From the NCBI GenBank assembly GCA_951406725.2, contig OX597826.1:49414001-49478000 (forward strand): a DNA stretch of 64,000 nucleotides, given 5' to 3'. Positions 44,156-58,511 of the stretch are shown here, piece after piece. The stretch is from Octopus vulgaris (lineage: Eukaryota). Position 1 is the first letter of the stretch, and every line of letters starts with the position of its first letter. A program made the position numbers and the translations under genes. The notes under the pieces were generated by a model. It did no database searches. It was not told the DNA's origin and saw nothing but the letters and a program-made list of their open reading frames with translations.

Positions 44156-44619
44156 ATTGTTAGAAAGGATCACAAAAATACAGCATCCAAAATTACTGCA
44201 GAGCTTAATGACCACTTCGAGAACCCAGTCTCCACAAAAACTGTTCGCTGGGAGCTGCACGAAGCCGGGTTTCACAGAAGGGCTGCAGAAGCTGTTACTG
44301 AATGGCACGAAGAACATTCTCGTGAAGTTGAATAACTTATCTAGTCTCCACAGTCCACAGATATCAATATTATTGAAAATTTATGGTGCATTTTAGAAAT
44401 ACAAGGAGTCGATATCCTCCACCATCATCACAACAAGAACTGAAGGCTGTTTTAGCTGAAGAATGGACAAAAAATTCCTTTGGAAACAATTCAAAACTTT
44501 GTATGAGTCCATATCTTGTAGTATTCCAGCTGTCATTACTGCCAAAGGCGATCCTACCTCGTATTAAAATTAATTTGTTTGAAATTTTAAGATGTTTCCA
44601 TTAATTTGTTCAATCACTG
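44156..44619 (+). mobile_element. Internally deleted Tc1 transposon remnant
   Basis: IVRKDHKNTASKITAELNDHFENPVSTKTVRWELHEAGFHRRAA // SPQSTDINIIENLW...ELKAVLAEEWTK...AVITAKG; ends CACTG-TA. Confidence 0.85.
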
Positions 44620-44783
<164 letters not shown>

Positions 44784-45011
44784 AGGTTGAAAAGGAACAC
44801 ACGAGTTGATATATATAAGGAAAATAAGACAAGGTAGAAATTGCTAAAATAACTTTATCATGAAGAACATTTTAGTAACGGTTTCAATCTTTGCGACATT
44901 TTAGGGTGAAAGACTATTATATTATGGAAAATTAAATGAAATGCTTTTTTAAAATATTTCCATAGTTTTCAAATGCAAGTGTATGCAAGTGCGTCCGAAT
45001 ATATATATATA

Positions 45012-45269
45012 TATATATTAGAAAAATTGAGGTAATCAGATCAGATGGTTCATATTTGTAGATATTTATTTATATATTACATTTTTTACATATATATCAT
45101 ATCATTCGGATTAGCGCTTGCTCCCATTCTAGTGGGTTTTCAAATCCCACTAGAATGGGAGCAAGCGCTAATCGAATGATATGATATATATGTAAAAAAT
45201 GTAATATATAAATAAATATCTACAAATATGAACCATCTGATCTGATTACCTCAATTTTTCTAATATATA
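45012..45269. repeat. Fold-back palindrome, ~125-bp arms, in (TA)n
   Basis: 45012-45136 vs 45146-45269, one 1-nt indel visible. Confidence 0.93.
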
Positions 45270-45296
45270 ATACCTGTACATCATCTCCAAACCTTC

Positions 45297-45344
<48 letters not shown>

Positions 45345-45625
45345 TTAATAAGGGTGAGAGAATTAGATACTAATTTAATAGTATGTCCATTCAACACCAA
45401 GTGGCCCAGTGCCTCGAGAAACCTGGATTATTATAATATTTTATAATATATTATAATATTATTTTATACAAAAATAAATATAAGAGAATGGTCACTATGT
45501 GGCTCATTCTAGCACTAGAAAATCCAAAAGGTTTCAACCACAAAAATACATGTTTCACATGAAAGCCAGTACGATTGTTAGCTCACACGAACAGGGCAAA
45601 TAAAAAATAACAAAAATACAGATTA

Positions 45626-45706
45626 TTTTGGGACAATTGTTTCGCTATTAATGAATTAAATGCAATTTTACTTACAAAAAACCCACTTGTAGCTCCTCAG
45701 CCAAAA
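45626..45706 (-). ncRNA. Type I hammerhead ribozyme
   Basis: Reverse complement of 46252-46332. Confidence 0.88.
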
Positions 45707-46251
45707 CTATCTGGATGAAATCCACTCAATCACACGCCAGATTTTACCATAACGATAAATACACGTGTGGTTCAATTGATTACATCCGACGTTATAATTA
45801 AAATGCCCCTACTAACAGCGCGCCAAACTTTCACGGAAACAAATACTACATTTAGAAATAAATGTAGCATGTATTTTTGTGGTTGAAACCTTTTGGATTT
45901 TCTAGTGCTAGAATGAGCCACATAGTGACCATTCTCTTATATTTATTTTTGTATAAAATAATATTATAATATATTATAAAATATTATAATAATCCAGGTT
46001 TCTCGAGGCACTGGGCCACTTGGTGTTGAATGGACATACTATTAAATTAGTATCTAATTCTCTCACCCTTATTAATTAATTATAATTATGCTACATTTAT
46101 TTCTAAATGTAGTATTTGTTTCCGTGAAAGTTTGGCGCGCTGTTAGTAGGGGCATTTGAATTATAACGTCGGATGTAATCAATTGAACCACACGTGTATT
46201 TATCGTTATGGTAAAATCTGGCATGTGATTGAGTGGATTTCATCCAGATAG

Positions 46252-46332
46252 TTTTGGCTGAGGAGCTACAAGTGGGTTTTTTGTAAGTAAAATTGCATTT
46301 AATTCATTAATAGCGAAACAATTGTCCCAAAA
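46252..46332 (+). ncRNA. Type I hammerhead ribozyme, canonical core, predicted cut after C46326
   Basis: UUUUGG-CUGAGGA-GCUA...(42 nt)...UAGC-GAAA-CAAUU-GUC-CCAAAA; palindromic stem III ACAAUUGU. Confidence 0.9.
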
Positions 46333-46789
46333 TAATCTGTATTTTTGTTATTTTTTATTTGCCCTGTTCGTGTGAGCTAACAATCGTACTGGCTTTCATG
46401 TGAAACATGTATTTTTGTGGTTGAAACCTTTTGGATTTTCTAGTGCTAGAATGAGCCACATAGTGACCATTCTCTTATATTTATTTTTGTATAAAATAAT
46501 ATTATAATATATTATAAAATATTATAATAATCCAGGTTTCTCGAGGCACTGGGCCACTTGGTGTTGAATGGACATACTATTAAATTAGTATCTAATTCTC
46601 TCACCCTTATTAATTAATTATAATTATGCTACATTTATTTCTAAATGTAGTATTTGTTTCCGTGAAAGTTTGGCGCGCTGTTAGTAGGGGCATTTGAATT
46701 ATAACGTCGGATGTAATCAATTGAACCACACGTGTATTTATCGTTATGGTAAAATCTGGCATGTGATTGAGTGGATTTCATCCAGATAG

Positions 46790-46870
46790 TTTTGGCTGAG
46801 GAGCTACAAGTGGGTTTTTTGTAAGTAAAATTGCATTTAATTCATTAATAGCGAAACAATTGTCCCAAAA
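46790..46870 (+). ncRNA. Type I hammerhead ribozyme, predicted cut after C46864
   Basis: Identical to 46252-46332, 538 nt downstream. Confidence 0.9.
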
Positions 46871-47051
46871 TAATCTGTATTTTTGTTATTTTTTATTTGC
46901 CCTGTTCGTGTGAGCTAACAATCGTACTGGCTTTCATGTGAAACATGTATTTTTGTGGTTGAAACCTTTTGGATTTTCTAGTGCTAGAATGAGCCACATA
47001 GTGACCATTCTCTTATATTTATTATTTTATTTTTATATATATATATATATA

Positions 47052-47941
47052 TACTAGCTGAATAGCCCGTAGTTGCTGGGCAATTTTTACAATAGAATGT
47101 CTTATATAAATTTTTGTTTATTCCATGTCAGAGCATGCCTTCCTCGACAGATTTGTACAATTTTTCGCGAAGGTAAATTCTTTGACGATCTTTTTCCTTT
47201 ATAAATTATTTACTTGTCTGTTCGACTGTTTCACATGACTTTATTCATTAAAACTTCAGATGCTTTTACAGATTTAATGATCGTAATGCTTTGCTTTCGT
47301 TTGTTTGATAACATTACCTCCTCGTAATGATTTTGCTTTCATTTTGTGATAGACAGCTATCAAGCAGAAAATGCCAGCTTCCAAATCCTGTTTTCTGATT
47401 AGGTAAAATTAATTAAATTTTAAACCTCAATAACATTTTCCTGCAATTTTTCTGGAACAAATGGATAACAATATCGGATTTAAGGTGGGAAAATTATCTT
47501 AATATACCAAATTTGAAAATTTTGACGTAATTATAAAATTTCACAGCAACAAGGAAGACAGATAGACAGATAGACAGTAATAGCACGTGATATACCCCCC
47601 CACACACACACACACACATACACAGAAACACAGAGACACAAACACACACTCATGCACACACTGAAACATATACACACGAGTTTAAAATGGTGTATAGTAG
47701 ATGTATGTATGTATGTATGTATGTATGTATGTATGTATGTATGTATGAATGTATGTATGTATGTATGTATGTATGTATGTATGTATGTATGTATGTAGAT
47801 GTATGTCTGTGTGTGTGTGTGTCTGTGTGTGAGTGTTTCTTTGCGACGGACAGCAGAAAACCACTTACCCCGCTCTCCTTAAAGCTACGTATTCTTCACA
47901 CTCACCTTTCTTTCCCTTACCCGGCGTTTTAAAGTTACTTA

Positions 47942-47974
<33 letters not shown>

Positions 47975-48377
47975 TTATGCATGTATGCATGTATGTATGC
48001 ATGTATGCATGTATGAATGCATGTATCCATATTTTTACGAAAGTATGTATGGAGCGTCACGTGTATATGACAACTTTATTAACGTTACATCACACTGCCA
48101 CTCCATATTTGTCGCTTGCTCAACGCTGTTCTCCTTTTCTCTGATATCAGACACACTCACTATGCTACCTCATTTCCCTTGCACTAACACTCTTTTCACC
48201 CTTCCCATTTTATCATATAACCCTGCTAGGGAACCCATTATAAATGTAATTAGCATATAATTGAACTGGGTGTTAGTTTAACATGTATGCAAAGTTTCGT
48301 CAAGATTTGTTCACTGGTGTAGGCAGTAAGACGGTAACAGACAGATCGACAGACAAAAATTGCCATTTATGTATAAG

Positions 48378-48380
<3 letters not shown>
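47052..48380 (+). mobile_element. Probable Helentron/DINE-1-like non-autonomous element(s) with internal microsatellites
   Basis: Starts ACTAGCTGAATAGCCCG; ATGCAAAGTTTCGTCAAGAT...ACAGACAGATCGACAGAC...TTTATGTATAAGAT near the end. Confidence 0.4.
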
Positions 48381-48408
<28 letters not shown>

Positions 48409-48413
48409 CATAT

Positions 48414-48546
<133 letters not shown>

Positions 48547-49423
48547 AATATTGGTAACGTGAAACCTATGGGCTGTTTCGGGAGCAATTTTAATTTAAGT
48601 CTCCTGGCGCGAACTAGTTCAGCGACACGGTTCGTACCTGCGTATAATTACATTATCAATATCAATGGACACACACATACACGCACGCACACATGCACAC
48701 ACATACACACACCCGAGTGCGTGCACATGCTCATGAGCTCAGGCACACATAAACACTGATACACACTCACGCGCACACACAATCTCCATATGGCTCTACT
48801 ATCAATGGACAATATCCAACAGCTAGATGGAATGTTTATTGTTTGTTTAAAGATTTCTTTGAGGAATCTGAGGAATCTCTGTGTATCTTTTCGCTTACAT
48901 GAACTTCACTCTACGAACAGAGCCGATACACGGTTGCTTAACTAGCTAGATATAACAGCCAAATCTCTCTCACATTAAATGCATGTATTTCAAATAGGAC
49001 ATATATTGAAACAACATGGTCACTGATCTATGAATAAAATGTTATCTTGAATGCCTTTCGTCACATCTTAAATGCCTTTCGTCGTAGATCTGTTAGATAA
49101 TTGTCTTGCGGGTGGATGTGATAGACGGAAACTGAGGGAAACCTGAGGTACATATATACACACACACATATGTATTTGTGCGTGCGCTTGTACATATTTG
49201 TGTGCGTGTGGAGTCTTTGTGTTTGTGTCTGTTTCTCAACCAATTGACAACTAGTGTTGTTTCTTTATGCCCCTTGTAAATTAGCGGTTTGGCAAACGAG
49301 ACCAGGCTTTAATAGAAATAAGTACTGGAGCCCAATTGTTCAAGACAGTATTCCATCATGGCCACACTCCAATGACTGTAGCAAGTGTGTTTACACACAT
49401 ACGCACACGCACAGACACACACA

Positions 49424-49502
<79 letters not shown>

Positions 49503-49504
<2 letters not shown>

Positions 49505-50104
49505 CCCAACTAACGAGTTTTTGGAGATACGAGCCGTCTCTTGGTCGATTTTTTGCTTTGAATTGCAAGCTAAAATAAGGGTTATGAGCCAGCTTCAGAT
49601 ACTCTTCTGTTAGTTGGCGTTGCGAACCCCACAGTGAATGCCGTAACATCCGCCCAGTATCTAATGTCTCACTCGATAACTAGACAGACATGCGCGTTAG
49701 CAAGTACGAAGACCGTTAGTAGATCGATAGCTAGACAGGCACGCACGTTAGCATGTACGAAGATCGTTAGTGGAACGTTAGCTAGCGAGTGGTATAATGC
49801 TTACTTAGTCGTTGCAGGCTACAGAAGCATCAGTGTTGTATTCGCAATTGTACATGCAGTTATTTTGCAAAACTTCGTTTTCCCAACCATGGGTCCGAAG
49901 AAAGTGAGTGCGAAGGACAGTGCTGAGCAGAAGAAACAGATGATGTGCATTGAATTAAAGAATGAAATTCTCGAAAAACATGACCAAGGCGGATCAATGG
50001 CATTTCAAGTCATTTCAATGTGGAAAATTGATTTGACATACGAATAATTTGAGTTACGAGCTCCGTCACGGAACGAATTAAACTCGTAAGGCAAGGCACC
50101 ACTG
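49503..50104 (+). mobile_element. Tigger/pogo internally deleted derivative
   Basis: ATG at 49889: MGPKKVSAKDSAEQKKQMMCIELKNEILEKHDQG (TIGD1/Tigger-like N-terminus); ends GGCACCACTG-TA. Confidence 0.8.
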
Positions 50105-50149
50105 TATATATATGTATATAATGCATGTATTCTTTTGTTCTGTTTTGTT

Positions 50150-50349
50150 TTTGTTTCAGTCATTTGACTGTGGCAATGCTGGACTTATTCTTTGTAAGCC
50201 TAGTACTTGTTCTATCAACCTCTATTGTCGAACTGCTAAGTTACGGGAACGTAAAAACACCAGCATCGGTTGTCAAGCGATGATGGGGATACAAACACAG
50301 ACACACAAACATATATATATATACATACATACATACATACATACATACA

Positions 50350-50382
<33 letters not shown>

Positions 50383-50460
50383 GCATATATATACGACGTG
50401 CTTCTTTCAGTTTCCGTCTACCAAATCCACTCACAAGGCTTTGGTCGACCAGAGGCTACA
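50150..50460 (-). mobile_element. SINE family A, truncated
   Basis: Tail and mid-body match; internal (CATA)n. Confidence 0.75.
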
Positions 50461-50791
50461 CTATATACATAGTCAAAAAAGAGAGATTGTTTAAAAGATA
50501 TTCAGTTACACCAGCTTACGTACATTTCCTTAACAAACAATTAAGATTAGTTATATATTGTAAATTACATAATCAACACATACTGCCAAATCTTCAAAGC
50601 GTGCAACCATTATGTGTGGCATACAGGCTGTATGGAATCCTTGACAAAATTTACTATGGTAGGGGTAATAATGGAGTTTATTCAATTAACTCAGGGAAGC
50701 ATTTTATATTCGGCATTAAGAGGGTGAAAGCCTCATAAAAATTAACACGAATAATAAAAATTAACGAGATACACAAGGGTTTCTAAATACT

Positions 50792-51037
50792 TATTTCTTT
50801 ACTACCCACAAGGGGCTAAACACAGAAGGAACAAACAAGGACAGACAAACTGATTAAGTCGATTATATCGACCCCAGTGCTTAACTGGTACTTAATTTAT
50901 CGACCCCGAAAAGATGAAAGGCAAAGTCGACCTCGGTGGAATTTAAACTCAGGACGTAACGGCAGACGAAATACGGCTTCGCATTTCGCCTGGCGTGCTA
51001 ACGTTTCTGCCAGCTCGCCGCCTTGAACGACTACTTA
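50792..51037 (-). mobile_element. Full-length SINE family C with 13-bp TSD
   Basis: Head AAGGCGGCGAGCTGGCAGAA; GTCGACTTTGCCTTTCATC...GGGGTCGATAAATTAAGTACCAG domain; TSD GTTTCTAAATACT at 50779-50791 and 51038-51050. Confidence 0.88.
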
Positions 51038-51906
51038 GTTTCTAAATACTGCACGGGATATGGTGTGTGTGTGTGTGTGTGTGTGGATGTATGTGTGTCG
51101 GTATCATGTATATATGTTTATATTCTGTATTTATGGAGCCAGTTTTCTAACTTATAGGATTTAAACTCTGCTGACTCTCTTTAATTTCTCTTCTGTCAAC
51201 TTCTTTCTGAAGAATTACTTTATCCGAAACGTTGGCTTTTCCACTCACAGTGGCAATTTCACTATACTCTTTTTTGTCAGTTTTTCCTCGCAGAACAAAT
51301 GGCAGTGGCTTTGGAGTTTGTCATACATACATACATACATACATACATACATACATACATACATACATACATACATACATACATACATACATACATGCAT
51401 ACATACATACATTTTAAAGTAAGTTACAAGTGTATTTATAGGTTTCTGCCAACCAACCAATTCAATGATTTTACTAAAGTTTGATGCTCAAGAAGTACCT
51501 GTACAGATGAATAATTTCCAGTGGGCATAGCTTGCACTGTACAACCCACACCTATTCGCCCAAGAATACTTTCGCCGGTGTGACATGGAAATTGACAAAA
51601 CTAGGAACTTCCAAGGTTTCGGGTTTTATTTTGGAGATTTCTTTCTCCTGAGTAGATTACCAACCAAGGTTAAAGAGCTTCTATCTGCTTATAAGGTAAG
51701 CTATCCCATTCCAGACACCAAACCGAACTCAAACACTCTATAAAGTGATTAAATATCACTCCGGTGACCGACACGGAATAGCTCATTCATACAAGGATAG
51801 TATGATATGTGATTTGCAACTGTAAATAAGTAAATATAAATAATATATATAAATATAAAAAGTAAAAGATATGCACTTTAAAAATATAAATAAAGATTTA
51901 AATATA

Positions 51907-51956
<50 letters not shown>

Positions 51957-52122
51957 CATAAAAATATACATATATATGCATATAAGAAAAATATATATAC
52001 ATATTTACAGATATTTTTGGGATACATACATTCATATATACATAAATACATACATATGACGGCTGGTAAGTCATAACTTCGAAGTTACAATTAACCTTCC
52101 CATTATAAAGCACACACACACA

Positions 52123-52173
<51 letters not shown>

Positions 52174-52619
52174 ATACAAACATGTATTTGGTATCGGATC
52201 GTGTTCTGTGGAGTGAGGGCGGGGGAAAAATGCTATTGTTATGAAATATCTTTCTTGCCTTTGTGACAAATAAAGAATAACTTCATTCTTCTTCCTTCCA
52301 TCTCCTCTTCCTCCTCCGCCTCCGCCTCCTCTTTATTATTATTATCATCATCATCGTCGTCATCATCATCATCACAATCATCATAATCATTACTATTATT
52401 ATTATTATTATTATTCATTCAGTCGTATCGTATTATATTGGCCCGACCGGATGCGAACTCGTATTTGTCCATTGTTTGCTAAGTAGTCGTTTAAAATGCT
52501 TATTGTGTAAAAACGAGAAATTCGAGGTATCGTCTATTTTCCACGCGTTTATGATTGCGTGTACTTCTTTTTGTTATTTTTATTTTCTCATCATCATCAT
52601 CATCATTATTTATTATTAA

Positions 52620-52745
<126 letters not shown>

Positions 52746-53205
52746 TACTATTATTATCATTATTTTTAATGATACCAACTTCACGCTAGTCAAAGCTCAG
52801 ACGGAATATCGTCGTAAAAATACATGTTTTCAATACATAACAAAAATGTAAAAAAAAAAAAAAGGAAAAACAAAATAAAATAAACACATACGTGCCAAAA
52901 CGCACACATAGGGGCGAACCTCCAGATCACTGGATCTCAGACTTTTGTAACTTAGCGCCCTTTTCATAGAATAGTGTAAGTGGCGGAGCGCTCCACACCC
53001 AAGTTTTGCAAACGAAAAATGTCAGATTATTTTAATTAACACTTTAGCATTTCAGCCAGTGGTCCTTAATCGGGGTCCACATGGCCCTTAGGAGTCCATG
53101 TAACATTTTCTAGTTAAATTCGTCTGCAATACATTGTTTGTATTTTTACAATACACCAAATATTTCAACAATCTTTTAATATGATCCTTAATAATATTTA
53201 ATTAT

Positions 53206-53370
53206 AGGCGTGGGGTGGGTGCGTGGTAAGTAGCTTGCTTACCAACTACATGGTTCCGGGTTCAGTTCCACTGCGTGGCACCTTGGGCAAGTGTCTTCTA
53301 CTATAGCCTCGAGCCGACCAAAGCCTTGTGAGTGGATTTGGTAGACGGAAACTGAAAGAAGCCCGTCGTA

Positions 53371-53408
<38 letters not shown>

Positions 53409-53654
53409 CATACATATATGTATGTATGTGTGTGTGTATGTTTGTATGTCTGTGTTTGTCCTCCCAACATAGCTTGGCGACCGATGCTGGTGTGTTAATG
53501 TCCCGTAACTTGTCGGTTCGGCAAAAAGAGAGCTATAGAATAAGTACTAGGCTTACAAAAGAATAAGTGCTGGAGTTAATTTCTTCGACTAAAAACCCTT
53601 TCAAGGTGGTGCTCCAACATGGCCGCAGTCAAATGACTGAAACAAGTAAAAGAA
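53206..53654 (+). mobile_element. Full-length SINE family A
   Basis: Match to 3162-3635. Confidence 0.88.
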
Positions 53655-53657
53655 TAT

Positions 53658-53741
<84 letters not shown>

Positions 53742-54154
53742 GGACAAACTCGCATACATATACGCACATACACACACGCATACACTTACACATACACACA
53801 CAGTCACACACGCGCACATTCACATACATATACTCATACCACAATGCGCTTTATACCAAATCATAGTTTTGCGTGACATCATGAAAAAAAATCAAGATAT
53901 AAGAAAATGGTTCGAAAAAAATTTCTTTAAAATAAAGGAAAAAGGAAAGAAAAGGCAAAGAGAAACGAAAAAATTATAAAAAAAAAAACAAAGCAAGCAG
54001 TTACAACTCATAAAACAAGAATACAAAATGGGTGAATCCGTATATAAAGGCATGTGTTCGTATGAGTTGGGTGTGCGTATATGTATGTAGTATATTTGTG
54101 TATGTGTGTGCGTGTATATATATATATGTATATATGTATGTATATTAATGTATG

Positions 54155-54201
<47 letters not shown>

Positions 54202-54977
54202 CTAGATAGTCAGATAAATAGATAAATCGATAGATATATAGATAGATACATACATACATACATACATACATACTTACACAATACATGCATACAAAGATAC
54301 ATAAATAGATATATAAACATGGATATAGTTATAGATATAAAGAGTGCGTGAGAGAGAGAGAGGGGGGTGGAACTGGAGATAAATATCTAAGCCAAATAAA
54401 TAAGAATAGAATATGAGGAAAATGAACTGATAAAGTCCTACGTACGCACGTTTAACATCTATATACACATATGTGTGTGTGAGTGTGTATATGAGTATAT
54501 ATATACATATATATACATATATATGTGTATATGAGTATATATATATATATACATATATATACATATATATATACATACGCTCACAGAGGCACACTCACAC
54601 ACACTCACACATACACACAAACATTATACATGTATTTTTTTTTCTATACCCTGGCCGAATGTACCCAACTGTTCACTTGAAAAACGCAACAGGATACCCT
54701 CAGAAATGAAGGTAGACGCGTGCGACCCTTGCCGTGCGTTCATGTGCGTTCGTCAGAGAGAAAGCGAATCTTTAAATAATTACTTTCGACTAAAACATAT
54801 CTCGACAATCTCATTGGAAACACATTATTTTGCAGGATACGTAACCGTAAATTTCGTTGCCCGCCCGTCGTCACTTAAACGAAACAAGAGCTCGTGAATT
54901 TTACTTGATAACAGACTGATAAATCTATAATAATGATGATGATGATGATGATGATGATTATGATGATGATGATGATG

Positions 54978-55008
<31 letters not shown>

Positions 55009-55016
55009 TGATGATG

Positions 55017-55054
<38 letters not shown>

Positions 55055-55085
55055 TATTATTATTATTATAATAATGATAATAATG

Positions 55086-55119
<34 letters not shown>

Positions 55120-55283
55120 TAATAATAGTAATAATAAAATAATAAAAATATGAATAATAATAATAATAATCAGAAGAAGAACAACAACAACAACAATAAT
55201 AATGAAAATAATAATTGCAATCTTATATATATTTGTTTGCATATATGACAGTATGTATATATACATATATACATATATATATA

Positions 55284-55321
<38 letters not shown>

Positions 55322-55842
55322 TATATATATATATGTACTTCTACATGTATACTCTTATCTCTTCCACACACGTATAATATGTATAAGAATGTATTATATA
55401 TATGTCTGTGTGTGTGTGCGCGCGCTTCACATCACTTGGCAACCGATGTTGATGTTTTTATGTCCATGTAACTTAACGGTTCGGTAAAAGGAAACATGCA
55501 AGAAGTACTCGGCTTATAAAGAATACGTCTTGGTGTCTATTTCCTCGAGTAAAACACCTTAAGTCGGTGCTCCAGCATGGCCCTAGTCAAATGACTGAAA
55601 CAAGTAAAAGAATACAGAACACACACACACATATATATGCATATATATGTATATATATATATATAACCTTTCTAATTTTGGCACAAGGCCAGAAATTCTG
55701 AGGTGGAGGGGGATATTGATTACGACTACCCCAGTCCTCAAAGTGAAAGTCTACCTCAGCGGCATGTGAACTGAGAATGTAAATCCGGAAGAAAAACCGC
55801 CAAGCATTTTGTCCTGCGTAGCAACGAATCTGCCTGCTTGCC

Positions 55843-55932
<90 letters not shown>

Positions 55933-55957
55933 CACACACACACACACACACACACAC

Positions 55958-56055
<98 letters not shown>

Positions 56056-56056
56056 T

Positions 56057-56243
56057 CGACGCCATGATAGATCGTTAGCTCCTACGTGCATTTTTCTCTC
56101 CTTGTTGTTTTCTGTTATCTTTCTGTCGAAGAGCGTAGGCTCGAAACGTATTTTCTATTTCTATTCTGAGCGCTATACTAATACATTTGTTTATTTGTAC
56201 TCCACCTGCCTTCGCCTTTTGTTTATTTTCGTAAACTTTCCCG

Positions 56244-56245
<2 letters not shown>
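56057..56245 (+). mobile_element. Short HHR-bearing PLE-type element (subfamily 1)
   Basis: CTGTCGA-A-GAGC-GTAG-GCTC-GAAA-CGTA at 56123-56150 (3' stem I strand deleted); near-identical to 610-828. Confidence 0.7.
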
Positions 56246-56316
<71 letters not shown>

Positions 56317-56362
56317 CATATATATATGTATATATATATATTATTCATTTTTAATTCATTTA

Positions 56363-56487
56363 TTTGTTTCAGTCATTTGACTTATTCTTCGTAAACCTAT
56401 TCCTTCTTCTGCGTGTATCTTTTGCCGAACCGCTAAGTTACGGGGACATAAACACACCAAAATCGGTTGTCAAGCGATGGTAGGGAG

Positions 56488-56524
<37 letters not shown>

Positions 56525-56911
56525 AAACTTAGAGCTTCTTTCAGTTTCCGTCTAGCAAATCTACTCGCAAGGCTTTGGTCGGCCCGAGGCTATAGCAGAA
56601 GTCACTTGGTCACTTGCCCGAGGTGCCACTGAACCCGAAAGCATGTGGTTGGTAAGCAAGCTACTTACCGCCACCCCTGCGCCTATATATATAATTATAT
56701 ATATATGTATGTGTGGGTGTGTGTACATATATATAAAATATTCTGAAGTTAGATACAAGATTTTGTGTGGTAAGTAGCTTGTTTACCAACCACATGGTTC
56801 CGGGTCCAGTCCTACTGCGTGGCACCTTGGGCAAGAGTCTTCTACTATAACCTCGGGCCGACCAAAGCCTTGTGAGTGGATTTGGTAGACGGAAACTGAA
56901 AGAAGCCCGTC

Positions 56912-56960
<49 letters not shown>

Positions 56961-57194
56961 TATATCTGCGTGTATGTGTGTGTCTGTGTTTGTTCCCCCA
57001 ACATCGCTTGACAACCGATGCTGGTGTGTTTATGTCCCCGTCACTGAGTGGTTTGGCAAAAGAGACTGATAGAATAAGTACTAGGCTTACAAAGAATAAG
57101 TCCTGAGGTAGATTTGCTCGATTAAAGGCGGTGCCCCAGCATGGCCGCAGTCAAATGACTGAAACAAGTAAAAGAAAGTAAAAGAAAGAAAGAA
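56363..57194. mobile_element. Two family A SINEs head-to-head (56363-56684 -, 56764-57194 +)
   Basis: Both match the family A consensus. Confidence 0.85.
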
Positions 57195-57538
57195 TACATA
57201 CACACACACACATATTCATGCATATACAAAAAAAGAATATAAAATCTCATAATTAACATAAGAATATAAATATTTTATTTTCATTTTCAAAGTGCGTTGT
57301 AGGAGATCATTAACCTTCTTTTATGTGAAATGAACTATAAGGAAGCTGACCCACAAAATCAGTATGATGCTGCCAAGCACCAAACGCTCGATATGCCTTC
57401 GTAACTCCTACACAAATGGTACAAGTGAAAATCTTTCATCGAATTTGATCGCAATTAACCAATATTTGAACTGACGGCAGGCAAGTATTAATTGGTAAAA
57501 TCCCACCATGAATATTCCGTTCCCTTTACTAACGCCAT

Positions 57539-57569
<31 letters not shown>

Positions 57570-57573
57570 CTTT

Positions 57574-58108
57574 TGTATGTATGTATGTATGTATGTATGC
57601 ATGTATGTATGTATGTATGCATGTATGTGCATGCATGCATGTATGTATGTATGTATGTACATGTATGTATGTACGTATGTATGTATGTATGTATGTATGC
57701 ATGTATGTATGCATGTATGTATGTATGTATATACATGTATGTATGTACGTATGTATGTATGTATGTATGTATGCATGTATGTATGCATGTATGTATGTAT
57801 GTATGTATATACATGTATGTATGTACGTATGTATGTATGTATGTATGTATGTATGTATGTATGTATGTATGCATGCATGCATGCATGTATGTATGTATGT
57901 ATGTATGCATGCATGTATGTATGCATGTGTATGTATGTATGTATGTATGTATACATGTATGTATGTACGTATGTATGTATGTACGTATGCATGCATGTAT
58001 GTATGTATGTATGTATGTATGTATATATGTATTTATGTATGTATGTATGTATGTATGTATGTATGTATGCATGTATGTATGTATGTATGTATGTATGTAT
58101 GTATGTAT
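57574..58108. repeat. (TATG)n microsatellite with variants
   Basis: Direct. Confidence 0.95.
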
Positions 58109-58109
58109 A

Positions 58110-58313
58110 TACACCGTCATCTCACTTTGTTGGACCGTTGAACTCTGCACATTTTTTTCTCTATCCGTTTATTTCATTCTCTCTTCATTTTTTTCTCTCT
58201 TAATCCATTTTGTCAAAGTGCGTAGGTTCGAAACGTAAAAGACATTTCCATTTTTCCCGAGTGTTAAACTAAAACACCAGCTAGTTGTTACTACACGTGT
58301 CTTCATCTTTTGT
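58110..58313 (+). mobile_element. Degenerate short HHR element (subfamily 1)
   Basis: TTGTCAAAGTGCGTAGGTTCGAAACGTAAAAGAC at ~58210-58243; ends at (TA)n. Confidence 0.55.
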
Positions 58314-58450
58314 TATATATATATATATATATATATATAAATTATCAATTTAATATATAAATTACCTACAAATTTTTATCTCATGCCGACTACTTGATAA
58401 AATCATTAACGTGATTTTATCCTCCTATTATATATATATATATATGTATA

Positions 58451-58511
<61 letters not shown>

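Larger units (their letters stand above)
45336..47023. mobile_element. 538-bp-unit retrozyme-like element: ~1 unit on - (45336-45870) fused to ~2.15 tandem units on + (45868-47023), in (TA)n
   Basis: CATGTATTTTTGTGG at 45868, 46406 and 46944 (period 538); three HHRs; no ORF. Confidence 0.92.
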
